A DNA stretch of 64,000 bases from Lama glama (taxonomy: Eukaryota). The position numbers and the translations under genes are program-made. A model generated the notes under the pieces. That model saw nothing but the letters and a program-made list of their open reading frames with translations. It was not told where the DNA came from and did not search any database. This document shows, one piece after another, positions 12,045 to 24,168 of the stretch. Within the stretch, counting starts at the first letter, position 1. The number at the start of each line of letters is the position of its first letter. The stretch spans positions 13,828,001 through 13,892,000 of the forward strand of contig CM052816.1 in the NCBI GenBank assembly GCA_028534125.1. The letters run 5' to 3'.

Positions 12045-12122
12045 TGGTGGTTCTCAAGTCTGGTCCGTGGACCAGCAGCAAAAATATACCCAGATGATTG
12101 GATAAAGAAGCTGTGGGGTGTT

Positions 12123-12165
<43 letters not shown>

Positions 12166-12786
12166 AATGGAATACTACTCAGCCATAAAAAAGAATAAAA
12201 TAATGCCAGTTGCAGCAACATGGATGGACCTGGAGATCATCATTCTAAGTGAAGTGGGCTGGAAAGAGAAAGAAAAATACCATATGATATCACTTATATG
12301 TGGAATCTTAAAAAAAAAGACACAAAGGAACTACTTATAACTTAGACGATTGAGCTCTTGAATATGTGTGTAAGCACATTTGACTGTCCTTTATGATTAG
12401 ATGACCACATTCTGTTGATTCTTATTTTGTGGTTGGCTCTATTCCTTTGATAAATATGTAAGTTTAAAAAGCTAAAGCTCTAAACTGTTCTTAGAAATAA
12501 TGATCAGTACATATATATAAACTAAAAATAAGTGCAGTATATTGTATGTATGTATGTATTTACATGCAATATAATGTATATGTGTAAACTGTTAGCAATT
12601 CTACCTAATAAAACTGAAAAATGAAAAAAAACGGTGTCACCTGGGAACTTGTTAGACATGCAAGTTCCCAGGCCCACAACAGACCTACTGATTTAGAAAC
12701 TCTGGAGTTGGGGTCCAGCCATCTGTGCTTTTGATGAAAACACCCTCCAGACGATTCTGATGCACATTCAAGTTTGAAAACCATCG
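12045..12786 (+). mobile_element. MER5A split by an L1-containing insertion (12081-12631)
   Basis: TGGTTCTCAAGTCTGGTCCGTGGACCAGCAGCA | insertion | CGGTGTCACCTGGGAACTTGTTAGACATGCAA...TCTGATGCACATTCAAGTTTGAAAACCA; the two halves are contiguous in the MER5A consensus. Confidence 0.85.
12081..12340 (+). mobile_element. LINE-1 ORF2 C-terminal fragment with internal (GT)n
   Basis: Translates to MEYYSAIKKNKIMPVAATWMDLEIIILSEV...KYHMISLICG, the ORF2p C-terminus. (GT)n at ~12124-12162. Confidence 0.9.
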
Positions 12787-12789
12787 GTA

Positions 12790-13430
12790 CAAGGACTGGG
12801 AATATAATGGTGAAAAGACAGATAAAATCTCTGCTCTCCTCGAGGACTTGACATCCCATGCGGAATGTGCAGTAGGAGGAGATAGAAAACAGACAAGTAA
12901 ACAAATAACTGAACATGATCATTTTCAGACAGTAATAAGATCTATGAAGAAAAAGAAAGCAGGGGGATGTGATAGACACTGGTGAGGGGCTGATTCAGAA
13001 CAGGTGGTCAGGGAGGAGGGTCTGAAATGAGGCCAGAATGATAAGAAAGAGCCAGCCAAGTAAAGAACGGAGGGGCAGAAAATAAATGCGGACACTTCAG
13101 GCAGAGGGAACAGTAAGTGCAAAGGCCCTGAGGTAGGACCACACTTGGCCTGTGTGAGGTGCAGTGAGGCTGGAACACAGTGAGGAGGAGAAAGAGTGCA
13201 TCAGGGAGGGACTTGGGGAGGCAGGCAGTGGGAGCAAGCTTAGCTTTTGTTCTTAGTGCCAGAGAAAGGCACTGGATAGTCCTGACCAAAGAGAACAAGA
13301 TCTGAGTTACCTTTTAGCAGGATCCCTCTGGAATGAACTGTAGGGGATAAGGGTAGAAGCAGGGAAGCCAGCCAGGAGGAAATTACAATAATCCAGGCAA
13401 GGAACACTGGTGATCAGGTGGTCTAGGCCA
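12790..13430 (-). mobile_element. L2 fragment
   Basis: CAGGCAGAGGGAACAGTAAGTGCAAAGGCCCTGAGGTAGGA...AATAATCCAGGCAAG, antisense L2. Confidence 0.8.
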
Positions 13431-14789
13431 ACATGAAAGATCTATTATTACATGAGAAACAAACAATGCGGACATGGTGCCTAGTAAATGGCTTTTAAGC
13501 TGTGCACACATTCAGATGCATAAAGACATTTTTTCCCCTGAAAGGACCCAGAAAAAAAGTGAAGAATGATTATCTTTGGAAAGAAGGGGGTGAGTGAGGG
13601 TCATTTTATACCTTTCTGAACATTACACATTTTTATCATGTGCATAAAGCCTTACTTTCATTTGAAGACAAGATATTTTAAAATTAAAATAGGAAAACAG
13701 ATTGAGGAGGACACAGAATTGGCAACAGGTGATGAATATCAGAAAGAGAAAGCCTACTTCTCGTGGCTGTGACCCTGTCCAAGCGTCCTCCCCCGAAGTC
13801 GCTGAGCGCCAGGCTGACGAACTGGGGCAAGTTCCTGTTCTTGGGTTACAGTGGGAGCAGAGCGAGGCACCTTCCCCACTGAGAACCTTTGGACCCCATT
13901 CCTGTCCTGCAGCTCTGGTGATGTTTGTGTCTGTCAGGTCTCCTTGGGCAACCAATACAATTTCCTGTGAGCGTCTGCTGCGTTTCCCTGTGCCCTGTTT
14001 GTCAAATTGCTCCCCTCCGTCATCTTGGCAGCTGCTTCACCATGAGGCCAGCATGCCCTTCATTTAATTGCATGATTGGGCATAAACAGAAGGAAATGCT
14101 TTGCTAGGGGTAGCGAGTGGCATGCAGCGTCTGATTTCTCCTGTCAGCTGATTAGGATTTGTTGAGTCCGAACAAGGTCAAATGAGATTAGAAAGAAAAT
14201 GCAGTGTGTCTGGTATGCGTTTCCCATAACTGTATCATTTATGTAAACAGGATGAGCCAAGGAGAAATTTTAAAGCAAATATTGAATGTCAGCCTCATGA
14301 TTCAAGGACAAGAAGCCGGGGCTTACATGTTATGCCTGGAGGGAAAGAACATTTATTTACTGGGGACATTTTGAATCCTGCTGAATCTATCACGCTCTGA
14401 CTCTTCTTTTATGCCGGTGCAGTTAAAAAGTGATAGTTTTATGTCTGATTTTCAGAGGCACTGAGCACAAAATAAGAGAAACCACAGAAACGCCGCCGTC
14501 TACTTTTCCCCTGCTTTTAAAGCTCTCACAAGAGGTTTAGAGCCACTTTCTGTAATAGCCACCGCTGAAGTGCTTGGTAGTGAGTCAATCTTTTAGGACG
14601 TGGAAGGAAAAATCTCACCTCCAGCATCAGCCACAACATCCTAGACGTGGCTGATTCGGGCCAAGGCCACACCTCTGTGGATAAACCTCCTGGGCTTCTA
14701 CTGGAATTTCCTTGGTCCTCCCAATCGGTCATTTTCTTCCTTTCTCAAGCCCACCTCTGCAGTGCTAGTAAGCACACAGATAAGGTTTT

Positions 14790-15462
14790 TGGTTTTTGGT
14801 TTTCATTAAAGTATAGTTGATTTACAATATTGTGTTAGTTTCTGGTCTACAGCATAGTGTTTCCATTATGCATATATATATTCTTTCTCATATTTTTTTC
14901 ATTATAGGTTATTATAAGCTATTGAATATAGTTCCCTGTGCTATACAGTAGGACCTTGGTGTTTGTCTATTTTATCTATAGTAGTTTGTATCTGCAAATT
15001 CCCGACTCCTAATTTATCTCTCCCTCTCCTTTCCCTTTTGGTGACCCATAAATTTGTTTCCTATGTCTGTGAGTCCCTTTCCGTTTTGTAAATAAGTTCA
15101 TTTGTGTCATTTTTGTAGATGCCACATATAAGTGATATCATCTGATATTTGTCTTTCTCTGTCTGACTTACTTCACTTAATATGATAATCTCTAGGTCCG
15201 TTCATGTTGCTGCAAATGGCATTATTTTACTCTTTTTTATGGCTGAGTAGTATTCCATTGTGTATATATACAACAACTCCTTTATCCAGTCATCTGTCAG
15301 TGGACATTTAGGCTGTTTCCATGTCTCGGCTATTGTAAATAGTGCTGCTATGAACATTGGGACGCATGTATCTTTTCGAATTAAGAGTTGCCTCCAAATA
15401 TATGTGCAGGAGTGGGATTGCTGGATCATATGGTAAGTCTATTTTCAGGTTTTTAAGGCTAT
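14790..15462 (-). mobile_element. LINE-1 3' end (artiodactyl-type) with 10-bp TSD
   Basis: ORF 15202-15429 gives KDTCVPMFIAALFTIAETWKQPKCPLTDDWIK...MEYYSAIKK (ORF2p). Antisense tail AAGTATAGTTGATTTACAAT. TSD ATAAGGTTTT at 14780-14789 and 15463-15472. Confidence 0.92.
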
Positions 15463-16916
15463 ATAAGGTTTTAATCACTGCAGAAATGACTTTAAAAGCG
15501 ACCTAAGGGCTTTAAGGGATGATGTGGTTTCTGTTACTTGTAAAGGCTGTCGCATCTCGTGGATGCTTAATAAGTGGCTTTGACAGCTGTTATTCCCATG
15601 GACTATCCCCTGGCCCGGAGCTGGAGGGCTGTTCTGAGGCCAGGCTTTTCAACTAGGTAGCCCCCCACCCCTTCCCATGCTAAATAACGGAGGGGCTGGA
15701 CAGCATTCACAGTATCGTGTCTCCTGACTCCAAGCCTCTGAACGTGTATTACTTAAAAGATAAATCTGGGTACTTGACACAGATGTTGAAATAAATACAG
15801 AACTTGAGGGATGTTAAAGTAAAACTTTAAAAAGTTCAATACTGAGGAGAATTGTATTACAGAAGTTACTTTAAGGAACTAAGGAATCATGATTTCCCAG
15901 CATTTGGACAGGACCATTGCTGAACACCCGATACATAATCAAGAAATTGGTTTCTTTTAGTAGCTAGTGCTCATATTTGCCTAAGAGCTGTGTGGTTTTT
16001 CGACTTTTTTTTTTCCTGAACAGCATTTCACAACCAGATGTAACAGAGAAATAAAATTAATGACTTAACACTTGCATTACTGGTTTTCAAGGTGCTGTCA
16101 TACACTTGGGCACCTTTGACTGTCACCGTAATCATGTCAGCTTGCAGGGAAGCTGTGGTTAAGGTCTCAGGAACCCCCTTCAGGAGGGAGGGAGGGAGAG
16201 CCCGGAAGAGCTGGGCTGCCCAGGAGCGTGCAACGGCACGGTGTGGGCAGGCTCACAGGTGCTAGCCTGAGGCAGGAGACCCGGTTTCAGACCCAGCAAG
16301 GACTTAGTTAACTAGGGGTGCAACCTGGGGGAGACGCTGAGCCGTGTCTCTGTCCTCAGGGTCTTTAGGGTGTCTCCTAACTTTAAAATGTATCATTCCA
16401 CGTGGTTAAAAAGAGCTCACACACACCCTGGTTGTAGCAAAGCAATTCTCCAATATCAAGAAGACTGTCTGAAATATTTTCCTCTTTCTACGATTCAGAA
16501 GGTCTTCAGGAATCGTGCAGATACTCAAGAAGATTATTATTATTTTTTTAAAGCAAATTATCAGTGCCTTTGAGTATGTGGAAGTGGCCATTCATGGAGG
16601 TTCCTGTCAATAAGGTTTGGAGAAATGAACTTTTTCTGTACCTCTCAAGTCCCTTTTGGGAGAACCACAGCTCACCCATTGTTGGAGCTATGTGATGCTT
16701 CTGCCTCTAGTGCCCTGTCATAGGAGACGAGCTGCTCCGAGGTTCGTCCCTTCAGGAGGCATTTGAAGGCTTCCTGACTGCTCCCTGATGCGTTTAGGGA
16801 ACAGGGTTCCACCTCCACCTTCCCAGAGAAGCGAGAGACCAGTGAGAATATTTCTAGTTCCAACAGGTCAACCTGTACCTCCTATATGAATCATCAGGTG
16901 GGCAGGCTTGTGGGCA

Positions 16917-16935
16917 CGCACACACACGCGTGCGA

Positions 16936-16963
<28 letters not shown>
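16917..16963. repeat. (CA)n microsatellite
   Basis: CACACACACGCGTGCGAACACACACA...CACA. Confidence 0.9.
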
Positions 16964-16968
<5 letters not shown>

Positions 16969-17329
16969 TACACCTCCCAGGCTCCAGCGCCTGCATCACA
17001 AGGCAGGACTCTTCATCAGTTACAGGAAACTATTAATCATGTTTCCATTTGGTCTCTTCAAAGACACCTCCTGATCTGTATCCTTTCAGTCCAGTTTCAT
17101 TCCTCACCTTCTCACCCAAGAGTTATTTGCAGAGGCAGCTTCCCCTCTTCCGTACCCCATCCTGGCCTCGGGCATAAAGACGATGCCCGTGGTCCATTAA
17201 AGAAATCCCCACCCCTGAAACAGGGCTCACCTGATGTTTCACCTCGTTCAGCAGGGACAGGCTTGACCCCTGGTGGGAACGGGCAGAAAATGCTCTCTGC
17301 CGCCCCTCCCCAGCCCTAAACTGGATGGT

Positions 17330-17958
17330 CATGGCCTTGAGCGGCTTTGCAAAATGGGAACAGCATAGACAGACAGACACACATACAAACACACTGCCAC
17401 ACACAGATATCTCCATCCTGCGCGGGGCTGCCAGAGGACAGGCAGGGGAGAAAAGGACACCCTCTCGTCCAGCAGCCTTCTGATTCCAGAGCAGTGTCTC
17501 TGAGCCACGACCTGCTGTTTCCCTGCCAACCGAGGTCTCAAAATAAACAGGAATCTGCTCAGACGGGCTAGTAGTCCATTCAGCTCAGCCATTTGCCCCA
17601 AGACAAACCACGCTAAAATAACACCCAGGAGAGTCGCTGCCGCTGTCTGTCTGCCGTCTCTGCCTCCCTTCCCTGCTGGCTCGGCTTCCCTGGGCCTGCT
17701 GCTGGCAGTCCGGGGCTGGGGGTGCTTAGAGCTCTGTGTGCATCCCTGTGGGCGGGGTCGGTGCGGGCGGGTGCCTAAAGGCAGGTCCCCTCAGCTGATC
17801 AGCCAGAGAGAGACCTACAGGCTGACCTTCTCAGCCCCCGCCTGCCTCCCTGCTTCCCACCCAGCCCTGCGGGACTGCTAGCCGGCTCTGTGGCAGGGTG
17901 TCTGGAGGCGGACCGGCAGCCTGATGTGCATGCCACGGCCCATCCCCGCTCCCCACAC
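17330..17958 (+). promoter_or_regulatory. FGF1: FGF1B (neural) promoter
   Basis: Repeat-free and GC-rich. Contains RR-2, a forkhead-like AAATAAACA (17541-17549), AT-rich CTAAAATAAC (17613-17622), GC boxes (GGGCGGGG, GCGGGCGGG ~17749-17771) and CAGCTG ~17792. Directly precedes exon 1B. Confidence 0.85.
17507..17532 (+). promoter_or_regulatory. FGF1: FGF1B promoter RR-2 element (imperfect E-box plus RFX X-box)
   Basis: ACGACCTGCTGTTTCCCTGCCAACCG, compared with recalled human ACCTGCTGTTTCCCTGGCAACTC (about -489 to -467 of FGF1B). It lies ~450 bp upstream of exon 1B here. Confidence 0.85.
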
Positions 17959-18102
17959 AGAGCCGCAGTCACCGGGAGGTTCAGATTGCCAGCTCGGGGC
18001 TGCAGCGCAGTGACAGTGACAACGCAGAGCAGCCCAGACCGGGTGGATTCTCTTTCCCCTCGGCCGGAGAGGGGCGCAGCCCTCAGCCTGCAAGCTCTTC
18101 GG
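17959..18102 (+). other. FGF1: FGF1 untranslated first exon 1B (5' UTR)
   Basis: AGAGCCGCAGTCACCGGGAGGTTCAGA...GTGGATTCTCTTTCCCCT...GGAGAGGGGCGCAGCCCTCAGCCTGCAAGCTCTTCGG matches recalled human 1B (AGAGCTGCAGTAGCCTGGAGGTTCAGA...GTGGATTCTGCTTCCCCT...CAGCCCTCGGCCTACAAGCTCTTTAG). Donor GTAAGA at 18103. No ATG in the exon. Confidence 0.92.
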
Positions 18103-18163
18103 GTAAGAATCAAGATTTCTATTCTGGGGAGCAGAGAGCAGGTTATATCCAGAGGAGGTGGAG

Positions 18164-18188
18164 AGTGTGTGTGTGTGTGTTTGTGTGT
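18164..18188. repeat. (GT)n microsatellite 60 bp into the intron after exon 1B
   Basis: GTGTGTGTGTGTGTGTGTTTGTGTGT. Confidence 0.9.
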
Positions 18189-20254
18189 CCATCCCAGTGA
18201 AAGTAAAAGACTGCCTGGAAATAAAGAAGGGCTGGCTGATGGCACAGGCATGTAAAAATAGCACCCGGAGTGCAGGGACTGTAAGAATTGTCACGCACCA
18301 CGCTGCCCCCTTTACCTTCATCCTCCCACTGCCGGGCCATGAGGGCTGGAGGGATGGAATGGTCTCATTCACTAAAGTGCTGGACGCAGCCTTTGTGGTC
18401 CAGCAGAATGCTGTGGCCTTAGCCTGGCTGGCTTGATTATGCTTGTCACACTCACCCTCTTAGGTAGCCTGGAAATTCAGCTGCCTAGAAATCTGGTCTA
18501 CTGGGTGGGCACCTTAGATTTGATCAATCTTTTGATATAAAAGTTGGGCTGAAATACAGGATTATCTGAATGTGTCTGAGGCTGATATTCCAATGGCCCT
18601 GTGGGTCACCTGGATTACTTCTTACCTACCTTCCGATCTTCTTTGAAAACCACATCCCCATTTCAGGGCTCCTCCAGATAGGTACCAGAAGAGGAGGAAC
18701 AGGAATGGCTAGCCACTGGGCACATTCTCTGGCAGTGATGCTGTCCACACCCACGTCACTGTGACATGCCAGAAGTATGCAAGGCTTCTAAATGCCTGAA
18801 AAATCCAGACCTCCAGGTGCTGTGGTGGGAATCTCAGGCATTTAATCGAGGACTCATTTTTTTCAGAGACCCAGGAGGGCACCCACTTAGCTTGCCTCTC
18901 AGGTCCAAGAGCTTGCTCTGTGCTTCGGCAGATGCAAATGCTCTGGGCTATCTCTAGCTGTTTCAATCCACGCCCATTCTCCTGCCTTCCTTTCTCCTTT
19001 GGTGACTGGCACTTTCCCTTTCATTCACTACAGGAATGCAATTGTTTATGGTTTAGCTCTGAGAACACCAGCGGGTGGATGCAAGCATCCGGGCAGAGGG
19101 TGAACCGGGCTCTGAGTGAGGGTGAGCCCGCCCAGCGGTGGCAAAGGGTTGGAAGGAAATCAGCTTGGCAGAGTGGTGTCTAGCAAAGGGCTGGCCGGCT
19201 GTTCCCCGGGGCTGTCTGGGTGAATGAGTGCGGATGTTGCTGGAGACTGTGATTCACAGTCGCAAACTCCCTTTGTTTTCTTTGTGTTGGTCACTGAGGG
19301 CTTCCGAGGAAATTCCCCTTTTGAGATTGTGTATTTAAAGGCGAGGTCACCAGATCTGCAGCTGAGGGCAGCAGGTGAACTCAGGGAGACTGTTTTCTGT
19401 GGATCCTCCTTTTTAGTGTGAGGAAATGGATTTGCAAAGGCAGTGTTTAATGAAAAGCAAAGTTAATATGCAAAAAATGAAGGGAGGAAACATTGAGTTT
19501 CTTGTAAACTTCCTCCCAGATCTGGTGTGCACATACACATATATGCCTTGCCTGGTCCAAAAAGGACTTAAGGAAGCACTATCCAGTTCATTCAGTGGTT
19601 TGATTTTACAGGCAGGTGGCACGGACTATGATGATGATACTTCCCTGGTGACGGTGGACAGACATCCATATGCTCCACCTACATCTAGCGAAGGGATGTC
19701 TGTTGCCAGGGCAGAGATGTGCCTGCTCCCTCGGCTGACATGCATTCTGTGCACCCTGAATAAACTATTAAGGCTCACGGAGCCACCAGCCCCGCTGTGC
19801 GAGCTTCCAGGAGTCAGGGATGATGCAGAGGGGAAGGCACACCCCTTCCACCTCATCAAATAGGCGTTGCTTGGCTCACGCAGTACTCCTTGATTTAAGC
19901 TACTGGAAAAATAATCTGTAGTCATTTGTGCCACAGACACATCCCATTTTAGGTAAATCTAACACCTATCCATGACACATGAATTGTAGGTGAATGACTA
20001 TTTTTCCTTAAGAAAGGGTTCACTCATCCAGTTCGCCGAGTACTGACAAGGTGTCCCATCCCAAACTGGATGCGGCCCACTCCACCACACAGAAAGGTGG
20101 GGACCTACCTGGGTTGACAGGATGTCCAACTCAGCTGGGAGGTAAGGAGTCCGAGGTCTAAGGACAAGCACCTGGGCCAGCAGCCTAGAGCAAGAGGAGA
20201 GGGAGGGAGGGAACAGTAAGCATTTTGGCTCCTAAATGTCACTACTTAAGAGAA

Positions 20255-20495
20255 GCAGCAGAATATAGTGGCTCAGTGCACAGGTTCTGCAACCAGGCAA
20301 AGTCAGGAGTTCAAATTCGGACTCTGACACTTAATAGGTCTGACCTTGTGCCTCAGTTTCTTCATCTGGAAAATGGGGGTAATAAAGTACCAACAACGCT
20401 ACTGAGAGGATCTAATGTGTAATACTCTTAGCACAGTGCCCGGTTTCTCGTGAGTACAGCCTAAGTATTGGCCATTATTGTTACTATTATTATTG
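20255..20495 (+). mobile_element. MIR SINE
   Basis: GAGTTCAAATTC..CTCTGACACTT...GTGCCTCAGTTTCTTCATCTGGAAAATGGGG...CTTAGCACAGTGCC...ATTATT tail. Confidence 0.85.
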
Positions 20496-22269
20496 TTGAA
20501 AGGTGGGTTCTAAAAAGGCTGCTCACAAGTCTGTTTGTTGCAAGGTCCAAAGTGATGCCCTGAGTGACCACCAGGGCCACCTTCTGGGCAGCATGGAGGA
20601 GCTTTTGCTTTGGCATGGACTTCTGCTTGAGTCTCGGAGCTTTCAGAACGGAAGAGCTTCTGTCCTAGCGGCCAGGCCTTCTCGAGCCCTTATACGAGCC
20701 AGGCGCTGTGCTTGACTTTATGTGTGTGCCCTCGCCGGGTTCTCGTAACCACCCCATGAAGTAGGGCTGTTACAGCGGTGCAAACTGAGCTTCAGGGGCT
20801 GGTCCGTTCGCCTTCGGTCACACGGTTACCAAGTGGCAAAGCCAAGCTGACACCCAGGCTGTGCTCCTAACAGGTGTGCCGTCTCTGTTTTGGGGGAATC
20901 ACTGGAGGTGTCCTGAGGGGCAGGTGGAGTTTGGTGACAGGTGAAACTCAGCAACAGCTGGTATCTGGATGCCCTAGAAAGTAGGCCAGGGTTTGGAAGC
21001 TCTGCCAAGACGTGGCAGGATCTCGGCCTTGACCTTAGGGACTGAGTGTTTGGAAATAAGACACAAGCACAGGTCCTGGGGGACAAGGTGGGCCTTCAGA
21101 CTTTCCTGAAACAGGCCGTGGATGGTGCCTAAGAAGAAAGGACATGGTGCCTGACAGCAGAGATGGGGGCACAGCCAGGACGCTGGGCCAGGGCTCCCTC
21201 CAGCCTACGGTCACGGGTCACCTTGAGCTAAGCCTGAGCTCAAACTGGGTGAGGTCCAATCGTGGAGAGACGAGGGATGGGCATTCCAGAACTCAGCGTC
21301 TGGGTGCAGTGAAGTTTGTGATGCAAAAAGCTTGATTTGCCAACGCCATCCCTCTAAGTGGAAGGTTTAAAACATGAGACACAGATTTGTTTTACGTGTA
21401 TTTGCTCAAGCCCACCTCTCCGACTTCATCCAAGGAAAGCTGGTGATGGGGACAGTTGTGCGGGTTGCACCGACCTGGCGCCAGGGCTGTGTGGATGTCG
21501 GGGCTACTGACGGGCCGGACTCATCTCCGCCGCTCCAGGACCTGTGCTCTGGCCTGGGGGTTTTCAAACACGAATGTGCAGAAGAATCTCGGGGGATCTT
21601 GTTTGAAACCTCAGGTTCCTGGGACCCACCCGTACCAGGCTTGATTTAGCCAGGTTCATGAGGGACTCAGGATTCTGCCTTTTCTGGGTGGGGCCCGGTG
21701 GGGCCCGGTTGGGCCTGACACCTTTGGTCCCCAGGCCACAGCTGAAGAAGCCGAGGGCTGACCGTTGTTCAGGTTCCCTTGTCTTCACGGCTGTTAATGA
21801 GAACAGAGTCGTGTGGCCTGAGACGCTGGCGATGAGCCTCTTCTCTGTCACGGCCTTCTTCCTGAACCACCCCTGGGCTTGGCTAGACCCCTACTGCTCA
21901 TAATACCGAGGCCAGCACACCGCCTGCCCGGGGGGTTTCTGTGGGCCGGGCACAGTGCTGAGCTTCACAGCAAGTGAGGATGAAGGCCCTGCTGCCAGTA
22001 AGTGGCCGATCTGGGATATGAGACCCGCAGGTGACCAGGGCACAGCCGGGGCACCTCGAGGCAAGTCGGTGAACGTAGCTTTCGCTCTTTGTAGGTTCAA
22101 CCCTCCCTTCTCACTCTGGGCTGTCTTTCTCTTCACATCCCGTCTTGTCCACCCCTATTCCCAGACTCCCATTCGATTTCTTTGGAAGATGATGTATCCT
22201 GTGGTTCCCTATTTTTCTCTCATTCATTAAGTCAAAAAGGGCTGGAGCAATGGGTGGATGGAAGGTTGG

Positions 22270-22682
22270 TGTTACGGGTTGAGTTGTGTCTTCCCTCAAA
22301 CTCAGATATGGAAGTCCTGACCCGGGTATTTCAGAATACGACCTTACTTGGAGATGGCATCTTTACAGAGACAGTCAAGTTCAAATGAGGTCATTAGGGT
22401 GGGTCCTAAGCCAGCATGACGAGTGTCCTTACAAAAAGAGGGAACTGAGACACAGTGACATGCACAGAGGGGAGACGAGGTGAAGACAGAGAGAGGATGG
22501 CCAGCTACGAATCCAGGAGGGAGGGCTGGACCAGATCCTTCCCTCACAGCCCTCAGAAGAAACCAACCCTGCAGATACCTCAACTCTGGACTTCTGGCCT
22601 CCAGAATGGGGAGACGAGAAATTTCTCGTTTCAGCCACCTAGCTGGTGCTACTTGCCATGGTGGCCTTAGAAAATGACTACA
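22270..22682 (+). mobile_element. MLT1B-like solo LTR, full length
   Basis: TG...CA termini. TGAGGTCATTAGGGTGGGTCCTAA, TCACAGCCCTCAGAAGAAACCAACCCTGC, GGACTTCTGGCCTCCAGAA. Flanks GTTGG/GTGGG resemble a 5-bp TSD. Confidence 0.9.
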
Positions 22683-23949
22683 GTGGGAACAAGACTCCTC
22701 GGGTCCCCCTCGAGGCCCTGGGTGTGGGCTGATCTAGGTGAAGGCTGACACCTTGTGCCAAGTTGTGGCAACTTCTTTTTATAACTGTGAGTGCTTTTCT
22801 GTGGGCTACAGTAGTGTGCTGGGGAGCCACAGGCAGTCAAAGCCCAGGAAGGAAGAAGGAATGCATAGAAAGCATGGAGAGGAAGGAGGGAAGGGAAAGC
22901 CAAGAACAAGGGAGGCAGGAGGAGAGAGAAGGAAGAGAGCGCGGGGACCGGGGTGGGCACGCTGGAAGCCACGCAGCTCATTCGCGAGGCCCCTCCCATG
23001 TGCAGGGAACATGCAACAGAGCCTGGAAGTGACAGTCCCACCTTCATGAAAGTTAGAGGCGAGGTGGGACCGCCGACATCAGGCACGCAGTATCTCTCCT
23101 GAGCGGCCCCCTGAAAGCAGAGGGCAGAGTGCTGGACCCAGCCAGGGGTCTGGAGAAGCTTGGGCTGAGATGTGGAGGACAGGCGGGGGTCGAATGGGTG
23201 AGGGCAGAATGTTTCAGGTGGAGGGAAGAGCAAGAGTGAAGGTCTCCTGGTGTGAGGACTGTGGCTTCACCGAGGAGCGGAGGGGATGCCGGCGTGGCTG
23301 GAAGGCAGGGAAGGGGGGGCACATTGGGGTCTACGAGGTTGGACGATGGTGGCCATGGGGAGGACTTAGGCCATTTGCCCAGGGCCGTAGAAAGTTAGAG
23401 AAGGGGGCAGTCCTCTGTAGGGCAAACTCTCATGTCCATAAAGGACAGAGGAGCTGGTGGCGTGGTTCAGCAGTAGGCCAGTGATGACGCAAGACAGCAG
23501 GCTTCCCAAGCTCCCAGGTTAGGGTTGGCTACATCACCATTAAGGGGGACAGTTCCAGGCCATTTCCCAAACAGTGTTCTGGCCACGGTCCCCCCCCAAA
23601 ACAGAGCACATTCTAGGTGCTGGTCACGGCCCCAGGGGAAGGGTCTAAATAGGGACAATTCTCTCCTGTCGCTGAGACTTATTAGCAAGCTTGGCAGGCA
23701 GGCCGGGCTCACACTGGGCTGGACCAGGCGGCCCCATCTTTGGCATCATGTGATGGATGCGGAGAGGCTCTGTGAATATAAACTCTCGTTTGCTGGCTGA
23801 ACTTCGCCTGAAGCTACAAGAGCCAGCGTGCTGTCAGGAGGCTAATTGTTCAGCAGGGCTGCAGCCAATGAGAGATTCAAGTTGTGCAGGGGAAAGAGGT
23901 GGGACACAAGGTCCAGGTGGACCCCCTGAGGCACCAGGAGTGAAAGGGG

Positions 23950-24168
23950 GCAGAAAATGGGAAAGGGGGAGCGCCAAGGACTGGCAGCCAAAATTTGCTG
24001 TATTTGTGACTTCCCGCAAGCAGCAGCAGGGTGGGCCTGCGGTGGTAGGAGCTCCAGCTCGGTGTCTGGACCCTGGAGCCTCCGGGCCTCCGCCAGCAGA
24101 CACACACCCCTGTTCCCATCACTGAGAAGCCTCTCACCCACGCCATCCTGCTGTGGGCAGGATCCATG
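23950..24168 (+). other. Candidate additional untranslated FGF1 exon (start approximate)
   Basis: Strong donor ATG|GTGAGT (24169-24174) in repeat-free, CpG-containing sequence, with a CCAAT box (AGCCAATGAG ~23863) upstream. Confidence 0.35.

Noticed and set aside
15202..15429. ORF with real protein similarity (also 12098-12340 and 2245-2454)
   Set aside because: These are fragments of L1 ORF2p or ORF1p in truncated, dead elements, not host genes.
17613..17622. MEF2 site CTAAAATAAC in promoter 1B
   Set aside because: One A/T short of the YTA(W)4TAR consensus, so noted only as an AT-rich box.
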